Below, piece after piece: positions 1 through 8,600 of a stretch of DNA of 56,777 nucleotides. A program made the translations under genes and the position numbers. A model generated the notes under the pieces. It was given only the letters and a program-made list of their open reading frames with translations. It did no database searches and was not told the origin of the DNA. Source of the DNA: Marivivens sp. (lineage in GTDB: Bacteria > Pseudomonadota > Alphaproteobacteria > Rhodobacterales > Rhodobacteraceae); assembly GCA_041742255.1 (NCBI GenBank), contig JBGSIZ010000197.1:1-56777 (forward strand), read 5' to 3'. Position 1 is the first letter of the stretch. Each line of letters opens with the position of its first letter.

Positions 1-1254
1 GCGGCCATCTGCCCAGTAGCCCAGCCGCCGTTCCAGCGCCCGCCGCCCTGATCCGATCAGGCTGTGCCCCGGATCCCGCGTTGCCGCCGTCGTTCCGGCG
101 TGGGCAAGGTCAAGCGCCGCCTGTGTGACGGCGACCTCGGATTTGGACGACTGGCGGGCGAGGTCTTCGATCGCGGTGCGGTAGAGGTTCCGCGTTGCAA
201 AATCCATGGCCCCAAAGTCCGATCCGGACCGCAGTTGCGCATCGACCGGGCTGACATCCTCGAAGAAATCGGGCCAATCCATTTCGGAAATCAGCCGCAT
301 GCTGGTGACGATGTTGCGCATGGTCACGTTTGACGCGCCTTGGCGGTTCTGGGCGCGCTGCACCACCTCGTCAAGCGTCCGGCCCTGTTGCCGCAACTTG
401 CCGTCAAGCCAGCCATGCAGGGGGGTGTCGGTGCTGTCGATGCTGCGCAGGCGCTGTGCCATGCGGGCCGCCAGAATTTCCGGCAGGGGTGCTGCGTTAA
501 AGGGCGCCGTGGCCCGCGCAAAGGCCGCGTATCCTGCATCCGGCAAGGGCGTTGTGCCATCCGCGCCGGAAAGCCCCAGCGCCGTATCCACCACCCCGTC
601 CGCCGTCCGCCGGATGTCTTGTCCAGCGACGATTTGCGCTGACAACCGGCGCATGTTTTCGATCAGAACGATCCGCAAGGTGATTGCCAGCGCCCAGAGT
701 TCGCCGATCGTCAAAGGGTCAACCGTTTGATAGGCCTTCACAAAGCGTGCAAAAACAGCCCCGTTCAAAAGGCTGTCTGTGTGGGCGATGTAGGCCCAAG
801 CGATCCCCAGAACACGGGGATAGCCCGCCAGCGGGCCGGTTCCCAGTTTGGGCAATTGTCGGTAATACTGTGGTGGCAGATCGCGCGTGATCTGATGCAC
901 CTGCCGTTCGACCATATGATAGTTGTCCAGCAGCCATTCCGTGGCTGGCGTGACCGTTTGCCCGGCCTGCACCGCCTGCATGGAACGTTTGTAGGTCGCC
1001 AGAAGTGCCTCCGCATTGTCCGCCAAACGGTCGTCCAATGATGCGGTGCGGATGCGGTGGGTGGCAATCGTTTGCGCCGCCGCAAGCGACATCGCGTGAT
1101 GCTCCAGCCGTTCCGCACCAAAGAGATCCGCCCGGATCACCACTTGATCGTGCCACACATCGCCGGGCGATGCGCGTCGCGCACCGCGCCGCCATGGGAA
1201 ACGCGCCAAGGTCGGTTCAGGACCCGTTGATGGGTCCGGGCGTTTAGGTGTCAC
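1..1254 (-). CDS. cyclic beta-1,2-glucan synthase-like protein (NdvB/ChvB/Cgs family), N-terminal ~418 codons; gene continues past the left window edge
   Basis: My own translation of the minus-strand frame, which is open from 1254 to position 1. It is absent from the ORF track because it has no stop in the window. Sequence: VTPKRPDP...VIRADLFGAERLEHHAMSLAAAQ...TEWLLDNYHMVERQVHQIRRDLPPQYYRQLPKL...GELWALAITLRIVLIENMRRL. This matches the conserved N-terminal region I recall for NdvB-type glucan synthases. Start provisionally set at GTG 1254-1252; the frame stays open upstream, so the start is uncertain. Confidence 0.55.
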   Translation of the reverse strand, partial: MTPKRPDPSTGPEPTLARFPWRRGARRASPGDVWHDQVVIRADLFGAERLEHHAMSLAAAQTIATHRIRTASLDDRLADNAEALLATYKRSMQAVQAGQTVTPATEWLLDNYHMVERQVHQITRDLPPQYYRQLPKLGTGPLAGYPRVLGIAWAYIAHTDSLLNGAVFARFVKAYQTVDPLTIGELWALAITLRIVLIENMRRLSAQIVAGQDIRRTADGVVDTALGLSGADGTTPLPDAGYAAFARATAPFNAAPLPEILAARMAQRLRSIDSTDTPLHGWLDGKLRQQGRTLDEVVQRAQNRQGASNVTMRNIVTSMRLISEMDWPDFFEDVSPVDAQLRSGSDFGAMDFATRNLYRTAIEDLARQSSKSEVAVTQAALDLAHAGTTAATRDPGHSLIGSGRRALERRLGYWADGR

Positions 1255-1573
1255 GGGTTGGATGGCCGTGCCGGGGTGCGCGTGACAAGCGCGCGTGATT
1301 GCGTCCCGACGGGCACCAAGGCGCGGCCCTGAACCCGGTCGGGGGGTGTTGTGGCCTCTGGGATGTCAAGGGTCGTATCGTTTCCGAGCCGGTTCGCCAT
1401 GGCGGCCCAACTGTCTGCGATTGCAGTCCATTCCATCGAAGCATCCTTTTGAAATCAGGGCGCAGGGGGTTGGCAGACCTGCGCGTTCTTAATCAACGGT
1501 TGATGTGTGCGGGCGTTCCATGCGGATGCCGACCTACGGAAATATTCTGTTCCGTGCGCGACAACGGCCCGGA

Positions 1574-2464
1574 TCAAAAACGGAGCGTTGCGCCCGGTCC
1601 GTTCATCGTGCCCGTGGACAGCGGCGGGATAGCGGTCTGATCCTTGACGATCCCTTGATACGCGATACCCGCCTCAAGCAGGCCATCGTGGTTGCCGCAG
1701 TCATACCGGGTGCCGCTGAACCGGAAGGCACAAAGCGGGACATGGCCCGCATCATTGGCAATCGCATCGGTCAGTTGGATTTCACCGCCCGCCCCGGTTT
1801 TCCCCTGTTTGAGCGTCTCGAAAATGCAGGGATCCAGAATGTAGCGCCCCACAGCCGCCAATCGCGACGGGGCCAGCCGTGCCGAGGGTTTTTCCACCAT
1901 TCCCGTGACCGGGACCGTGCGCCCGATGGTTGGCCGCGCAAGGTTGAAAATTCCGTATTTGTCGGTTTCGTCCGGCCGCACTTCCATCGCGGCAATCAGG
2001 TGCCCTCCGGTGTAATGGCGCGCCATTTCGGACAGGCAGGGTGTCCCAAGGATCAGGTCATCGGGCAAGATAACCCCAAACGGACCGGCCAGCACATGCG
2101 GCAGCGCGCACAGGACCGCGTGTCCGAGGCCAAGCGGGTGCGCCTGTTCGACAAACACGATGTCGAGGCCGGGCGGCACCTCGATCCCGGTCAAGGTGGC
2201 CGCAAGCCCGGATTTGCCAGACGCCCGCAAGGCCGCGACATAATCGGGTGTCGGCGTCAGATAGTCCCGGATGGCCTGTTTGTCCGGGTGGATCACGATC
2301 ACGATCCGGTCCGCGTTCAGGTCGATCGCCTCGTCTATCGCGAATTGCAGAACGGGCCGGTTGTAGACATTCAGGAGTTCTTTTGGCGTTGTCTTGGTCG
2401 CCGGGAGGAGCCGCGTTCCTTGACCCGCTGCCGGGATCACCACAGTTCGAATGTGCATTGTCAT
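1574..2464 (-). CDS. galU: UTP-glucose-1-phosphate uridylyltransferase
   Basis: ORF 1574..2668 trimmed to the internal ATG at 2464 (MTMHIRTVVIPAAGQGTRLLPATKTTPKELL...). It has the classic GalU N-terminal G-x-G-T-R motif plus VEKP and a GRY-type C-terminal region. It lies directly upstream of, and on the same strand as, the glucan synthase-like gene. Confidence 0.9.
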   Translation of the reverse strand: MTMHIRTVVIPAAGQGTRLLPATKTTPKELLNVYNRPVLQFAIDEAIDLNADRIVIVIHPDKQAIRDYLTPTPDYVAALRASGKSGLAATLTGIEVPPGLDIVFVEQAHPLGLGHAVLCALPHVLAGPFGVILPDDLILGTPCLSEMARHYTGGHLIAAMEVRPDETDKYGIFNLARPTIGRTVPVTGMVEKPSARLAPSRLAAVGRYILDPCIFETLKQGKTGAGGEIQLTDAIANDAGHVPLCAFRFSGTRYDCGNHDGLLEAGIAYQGIVKDQTAIPPLSTGTMNGPGATLRF

Positions 2465-2681
2465 GTTGATAAACCCCACCGTTTTGGACCCAGTCAGGAA
2501 TACCAACGCCCACACGACTGGGGCGTTCCCAGTGAAGCAGGGGCCATTGGCGGTGGATCGCCCAAGGGGGTCGTTGCCCAAAGGGAAGCCGGAACGGAAG
2601 TTGCGGGCGGGCGTTTCTATCGGTGTTGGGTGAAAACGTGGTCGGTAGTCGATCTGCGCAGTGCCCACGGAGGATTTCTAG

Positions 2682-3596
2682 ATGAAGACGCTTCTTTCAA
2701 CGACGGCTCTGGTTCTGGCGATTGGGTTTCCGACCCTTGGTTTTGCCCAGACCACAGCCGAAACCGCGACCCAGACCGATACTGCGCAAACCGAAACTCC
2801 CGGATTTCTGAGCGTGCGTGGGTCGTCCGATCTGTTCGCGTCGGAATTGATTGGTCATGACGTGTTTGCCCGCCGCGTGCCGACCGAAACCGCCGCCACC
2901 GGCGACGCCGCCTCGATGAATTCCGACGCATCCGCCGGTATGGGCACGATCGCCCGCGCCGATCTGGATGCCATGGACAACATCGGTCAGATCAACGAGA
3001 TCATCCTGTCGAGCGATGGGCAAATCCGCGCCTTGGTGATCGGTGTGGGCGGCTTTCTGGCCATGGGCGAACAAGACGTTGCCGTGACGATGGATCAGGT
3101 CACGTTCGTGACCGACAATGACGATCAGTCGCAGTTCTATATCATCGCCGATACCGGCGCCGATCTACTGAAAACATCGCCCGCGTTTGACCGCACTGCG
3201 GCCCGTCCGGACGATATGCACACCGATATGGACGCCGGAACCATGGATGCGGGAACAGATCGCACAGCCCTTGCCGCCCCCGAAATGATGCGTGATGGTT
3301 ATAATCAGGTTGAGGTGACCGAGGTTACGACCGAAATGCTGATGGGCCGTTCGGTGTTTAGCGTGAACGACAACGAGGTCGGCACCGTGACGGATATGAT
3401 CATCGACGACGCAGGCAGCATCACCAACGTCATCATTGATTTTGGTGGTTTTCTGGGAATGGGCGTCAGCCATGCCTCGCTCGATTTCGACGAACTGACG
3501 ATCTTGTCCACTGATGGATATGACGATGTGCGTCTGTATGTGGATGCGACCAAGGAACAGATCGAGGCGCTGCCGCAATACGAAGCCGTCAAGTAA
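2682..3596 (+). CDS. secreted protein with two PRC-barrel domains
   Basis: N-terminal signal peptide (MKTLLSTTALVLAIGFPTLGFAQT). Two PRC-barrel-like segments (LIGHDVFARR...GQINEIILSSDGQIRALVIGVGGFLAMGEQDVAV and LMGRSVFSVNDNEVGTVTDMIIDDAGSITNVIIDFGGFLGMGVSHASL). GGAGG-type RBS (cacggaggatttctagATG). Confidence 0.75.
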   Translation: MKTLLSTTALVLAIGFPTLGFAQTTAETATQTDTAQTETPGFLSVRGSSDLFASELIGHDVFARRVPTETAATGDAASMNSDASAGMGTIARADLDAMDNIGQINEIILSSDGQIRALVIGVGGFLAMGEQDVAVTMDQVTFVTDNDDQSQFYIIADTGADLLKTSPAFDRTAARPDDMHTDMDAGTMDAGTDRTALAAPEMMRDGYNQVEVTEVTTEMLMGRSVFSVNDNEVGTVTDMIIDDAGSITNVIIDFGGFLGMGVSHASLDFDELTILSTDGYDDVRLYVDATKEQIEALPQYEAVK

Positions 3597-3683
3597 GCCG
3601 ATTGGCGGTGTAGCACCCACCGTTGCAGGGGTGAGTGCCCTTGCAGCGGCCCCCGCGCTGTGCCGCTGCTGTGAAATCCAACG

Positions 3684-3720
3684 AAAAAGGCCGCGCAGGG
3701 AACTGCGCGGCCTTTGTTGT
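3684..3720. terminator. bidirectional rho-independent terminator between convergent PRC-barrel genes
   Basis: Perfect 10-bp GC-rich stem ggccgcgcag (3689-3698) / ctgcgcggcc (3703-3712) with loop ggaa. Flanked by A5 on the left and TTTGTTGT on the right. Confidence 0.65.
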
Positions 3721-3737
3721 CAGAGCAGGCCGTCAGA

Positions 3738-4097
3738 TCAGCCAGCGTGGTGCGGCATCGCCTTGAGCTTTTCCTTGGTGGTGTCGAGGTTCACCCGCAC
3801 GTCGGTGCCGTCGGTTTCGCGCAGCACGGTCAGTTGGCTGAATGGAAGGACCACCGAATGGGCCCCCATGCCCAAAAACCCGCCGACGTCGATCACCGCT
3901 GCCGTGATCTTGCCATGGGCATCAACCTGAAGCGAGCTGATCGAGCCGATGTCGTCGTTGTTGCGATCGTAGACGCTGGCATTTTCCACGTCCGCAGTGG
4001 TGAGGTCATGCATTTCGGCCCGGTTGTAGCCATTGCGCACAAACGCGAATGCCCCGCCACCGTCGGTGTCGTGGGATGTATGTGTATGATCTGTCAT
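3738..4097 (-). CDS. small PRC-barrel domain protein
   Basis: ORF 3738..4280 trimmed to the ATG at 4097, preceded by GGAG (ggagaaatccATG). Sequence MTDHTHTSHDTDGGG...DIGSISSLQVDAHGKITAAVIDVGGFLGMGAHSVVLPF is a PRC-barrel signature. Confidence 0.7.
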   Translation of the reverse strand: MTDHTHTSHDTDGGGAFAFVRNGYNRAEMHDLTTADVENASVYDRNNDDIGSISSLQVDAHGKITAAVIDVGGFLGMGAHSVVLPFSQLTVLRETDGTDVRVNLDTTKEKLKAMPHHAG

Positions 4098-4284
4098 GGA
4101 TTTCTCCTTGATCCCGAAGGTCGGGATTTTGGCAACAGGTTCCCCCTGCAAGGTCGCGGTATGCCCCCCAGAACCGGTGCAGGCCTGACCGATGACAGTG
4201 TCACCAGCGACCATGCTGTGGTTGAAGGAAGGCATACCGGAACAACGCCGGGACCATGCCCCCGTTCCAAGGCATTCCATGGTG

Positions 4285-5451
4285 TCAGCCGGTCTTTGCC
4301 AGAAAGAACCGGATCATCTGGGCTGACGCGTCCGGACCTTGTGCGTCCGTAAAAGATCCTGCGACCCGACCGCCGGACCATGCGTGCCCCGCCCCCTTGA
4401 TCGTCCAGAGTTCGGTGCCGATGCCCCCGTTGAACCCGGCATAATCGTGCCGGATATAATCCCGTCCGCGCACCGTCTTGACGACGACGCTGGTCGGGAC
4501 GGCGTCGCCCCCAAGGGCTGCCGCCACGATCGCCAAAGCATTGGACGGATGAACGGTGCGGTCGGCGTCGCCATGGAAAATGATCCGGCGGACGGTTTTG
4601 GCGGTGGTAGTGGCGGGCGCCGTTCCGGTGCCCGAAGCCCCGTTGTGCATCGCCCCCATCGCGGACAGAACATCGCGGGCCGCCCCGCGCGCCAGCCCGG
4701 AATGGATCCCCGCCGCCGCGAACACGTCCGGATAGGTGTCCGCAAGAATGGCCGCCATTGCCCCACCTGCCGACAGGCCCGCCACGAACACCGCCCCCCG
4801 GTCAAGGCCGAAATCCTTGGTCAGTTTGCGCGTGAGCGAGGCAAGGATCGCAGGTTCTCCCGCGCTGCGCGCCTGGTTGCCGGGGCTGAACCAGTTCCAG
4901 CAGGACGCCGCGTTGTGCCGCCCGGTTTGCGCCGGATAGGCGACGATGAGACCGTGTTTTTCCGCGAGCCCGTTCATGTGGGTGCCCACGGCGAAATCGT
5001 CGGGTGTCTGGCTGCACCCGTGCAGCATCAGGACAAGACCACGGGGCCGGGAGGGCGCGCTGGCTGGCACCTTGAGGTTGGGGGGCAAATTCACGCTGGC
5101 GGGCACATACAATTTGTAGTCCCGCGCCCCGGCTGTCGTCCGGTGCGACCGCGCCAGATAGTGCGCGCCCTGTGGAATACGGGGTTTGGGTCCGGGCGTG
5201 CCGGAGGCGGCCGATTTTGGCACCACCGCCCGCAATTGCCGCAACACCGTGCCGAGCGATGTCCCGGCTTTGGCTGTTTTGGCCTTGCGCGGTTTGGTCG
5301 TCTTAGGCGTCAGCGCGGTGAGCGGGGCCAGCGCAGAGGCCACCATCAGCCCCGTCATCTTTTTCTGCAGCGAGCGGGTCGCCGATGTCACCTTGGCCGG
5401 GCGCATCAAACGGTTGGCCCGGCGCAAGGCGGTTGCAAACGAACGTGGCAT
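4285..5451 (-). CDS. PHB depolymerase-family esterase (alpha/beta hydrolase, LpqC-like)
   Basis: LVLMLHGCSQTPDDFAVGTHMNGLAEKHGLIVAYPAQ...CWNWF...VFVAGLSAGGAMAA (G-x-S-x-G nucleophile elbow)...IIFHGDADRTVHP. This is typical of the esterase/PHB depolymerase family. It has a long basic N-terminal region. Confidence 0.8.
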   Translation of the reverse strand: MPRSFATALRRANRLMRPAKVTSATRSLQKKMTGLMVASALAPLTALTPKTTKPRKAKTAKAGTSLGTVLRQLRAVVPKSAASGTPGPKPRIPQGAHYLARSHRTTAGARDYKLYVPASVNLPPNLKVPASAPSRPRGLVLMLHGCSQTPDDFAVGTHMNGLAEKHGLIVAYPAQTGRHNAASCWNWFSPGNQARSAGEPAILASLTRKLTKDFGLDRGAVFVAGLSAGGAMAAILADTYPDVFAAAGIHSGLARGAARDVLSAMGAMHNGASGTGTAPATTTAKTVRRIIFHGDADRTVHPSNALAIVAAALGGDAVPTSVVVKTVRGRDYIRHDYAGFNGGIGTELWTIKGAGHAWSGGRVAGSFTDAQGPDASAQMIRFFLAKTG

Positions 5452-5600
5452 GGAACAGTCCTATCAGGGGTGACCGTGAGCGCCGGAAATGGCGTCCGGC
5501 AGGCAAATGACGGTTGCACGGTATCCGAGCAATAACGCCGCGCACCGGCTTGCGTTGCATGTGACGCAGCGTTCGCGGCAAACGGGTCGGCGCGCGCGCC

Positions 5601-8600
5601 CTAGGTCTCGGCCGCCAGCGCGATCCGAACCAGTGCAGGCAGCGATTTTGCCCCGCTTTTGCGCATCAAGGACGCGCGGTGGTTTTCCACCGTGCGTTGG
5701 TTGATCCCCAGATCTGCCGCGATGATCTTGTTTGGCTTGCCTGCCAGAACATGGGTCAGGACCTCGCGTTCGCGCGCGGTCAGGTCCGCAAACTGTTTTT
5801 GCGCCGATTTCCGCAATTGCGACCGGGTGGAGCCGTCATCGTCGCCTTTCAGCGCCCGCCGCACGCTGGCCAGCAATTCTGCAGCGCTGGTGGGTTTTTC
5901 GATCAGGTCAGACGCGCCCGCCTTGAGCGCCGCAACCGCCGTGGCCGCATCCCCGTGCCCGGTCAACATCACGCTGGGCAGGTGGGCACCTTGATCCCGC
6001 AACTGGGATATCAGGGTGATGCCGTCGATGCCGGGCAATATGTTATCGACCAAAAGACAGGCCCGGTCATGCGATCTGGGTCGCGCGAGGAAGTCTTCGG
6101 CGGATCCGAATGTGGCCACGGCCCAGCCCTCGGCCTCGAACAGGCGGCGGGTGGATTCGCGGATCATCGGATCGTCGTCCACGATGTAGATCGTCGTCTC
6201 GGCCGTCTTGGCATCGGCCAGCCGCACGTTTTTATCGCGCGCCTTGTGCAAAAGATCGGATATCTGCGCCAGCAGGATCTCGGGCATCACAGGCTTGGAA
6301 ATCTGATCGTGGTCGGTCGCTGCGATGCGTTTGAGGACCGGGATCGTGATGTCGCCCGTCAGGATGATCGTGGGCACGGCCGACCCCAGAATATCCGGCA
6401 GATCCTGTGCCAGCCGCAGCCCGTTGGTGCCCCCGTGCAAATCAAAATCGGTCAGGAGCAGGTCCGGTTTGATGTCTTCCTCGCTGGCCCAAGCGAGCGC
6501 CTCGGTGGCGTTGGACATCGCGATGACGGTGTGACCTTCGTTCACCAGAACCTCTTGCAACAAATCCTTGAGCGGTTCTTCGTCCTCGACCAACAGAATG
6601 GTGCCGGTTTGACGCGCGCCGGGCGGCATTGGTTCCATCATGGCATGCGGGGTGCCGTCGTGGGCGGCGTTGACCACGGGCAGCGTGATCCTGAACGTCG
6701 ATCCCTTGCCGGGTGTGGAGCGGACAGCCACCGGATGTTCCATCAACTGGCCCAACCGCTGCACAATCGAAAGACCCAGACCGATGCCGTGCCCGCCGAA
6801 CGCGGCCGCCTTTTCGCCTTGATGGTAGGCTTCGAAAATCTGCGACGACTCCGTTTCCGCCACGCCGATGCCTGTGTCGCACACCAGCACCGACACGCTG
6901 TCGCCATGATGCCGGCAGCCCAGCAATATCCCGCCTTTGGGCGTGTATCTCAGCGCGTTTGACAGCAGGTTGCGCAACATCTGTTCCAGCAGTTGCGGGT
7001 CCGTCCGGACCCACGCCGTGCAGGGAACAGACCGCAATTTCAAGCCTTTAAGGTCGCATTGGGGCGCATATTCATCCGCCAGCCGTTGCAGCAACGGGGC
7101 GATGGCCATAGGCCGCATGTTGGGCCGCACGATGCCCGAGTCGATGCGGTTCACATCCAGCATGGAATCCAGCATGCCGGTCATGGAATTCAGGGTCTGA
7201 TCCATCAAAAGCGCCAGCCGCACCCCTTCGGTTGTCCGTTTCTTGGGGAGCAGCAATTGATTGAGCAACGCCATGGCCTGCAACGGTTGCCGCAAATCGT
7301 GGCTGGCGGAGGCCAGAAACCGCGATTTGGCCCGTGTTGCGCGGTCAGATTCCAGGGTGGCGGCCTTGAGCGCGGCATTGGTCCGTTTTCGGTCGGTGAT
7401 ATTGGCGTAGGTGATGACCACCCCTTCGATGTGCCCGCCTTCGGTGCGATAGGGCTGCACGCGTCGCTGGAACCACTGACCATTGACACCGTTGGTTTCG
7501 CGTTCGGTGGCGTCCCCCGAGGTCAGCACGCTGCGGCAGTCGCCAGCCAGATTTTCATCGTCCGACACCCCGGCGAGATCGGCCAGCGGACGCCCGATAT
7601 CGGTGGGGATCACCCGAAATATGGTCCGCGCGGCGGGGGTGAAAAACCGGATATTCAGGTCCAGATCAAGAAACAGCGTGGCGACATCCGTGCTGAACAA
7701 CACGTTTTGCAGGTCGTTGGCGGTTGTCCGGTGCCGTTCCAGTGTTTCCTGAAGCTGGCTGTTGAGGGCTGTCAGTTCTTCGTTCAGTGATTGCAGTTCT
7801 TCTTTGGATGCCAACAGTTCTTCGTTGGTGGATTGGAATTCCTCGTTGACGGACAAGGCTTCGGCGGCATCGGCCCCGTGCGCCTCGACAGCCTGTTCCA
7901 GATCACGCAAGGCGTCGGACAGATCGCTGCGCATGGCCTCCAGATCGGCCTCCAGATCGGCGGTGTCGCGAGCCGAGGGCGCGCTGCTGTCGGGTGCGGT
8001 GTCGTCAGGCCCTGTTGCCCGCGCGGAGGGTTTCGGCGTGTCCACAAAGCAGACCAGATACAATTGTTCCCATCCCGCCGTCACGGCATGCACCACAATA
8101 TCGAACCCCTGTGCGTCGCTCAGGCGGCCACCGGAGATGGTGACGCGCGCGTTTTGCGGGGTGCAAGCCGCGACTGCCGTCCGGAACCGCGCCCGCAGCG
8201 CCTTGGGCAGGATGCCCAGCAACCCCTGATCCGGGTGGCCTTGGGTGATCTTGAGGTATCGTTCGGTCGGTCCCAGAAAATACAGACATTCCAGACGGTC
8301 ATTCAGCAGAACCGCCGCAGGTGCATAGGTGTCCAGCACGATCCGGCGGCACAGATCGGCCAGCACGCCGCGCCGGACCGGCATTTGTTCGGCGGGGGCC
8401 GCAGCACTTTCGCGTTTGCCGATGACGAAATGCAGATCGCTCGGATGGCTTTGCCCGACCCGCCGCCACAGCCGCGCGTCTTTGTCCACAACCGCAAAGC
8501 AGCCGTCACTGTGGCCCGGCATTTCAGCCGCCCCCAGCAGCAGCAGCCCGCCTGTCCGCAGGGCAAAGCAGCAACGCGCGATGACCCGTTTTTGCGCCTC

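Noticed and set aside
1251-1436. 61-aa minus-strand ORF upstream of the glucan synthase-like frame as an independent gene
   Set aside because: No recognisable family. It could be a leader peptide, part of a mis-framed N-terminus, or non-coding. It is not reported as a feature and is discussed only in a finding.
4098-4284. GGAAC motif (minus strand, about 40 nt upstream of the small PRC-barrel gene ATG) as an EcfG-type promoter
   Set aside because: No CGTT-like -10 element lies at 16-17 nt spacing (the sequence reads ...GGAACctgttgccaaaatcccgacctt...), so the match is only half a motif.
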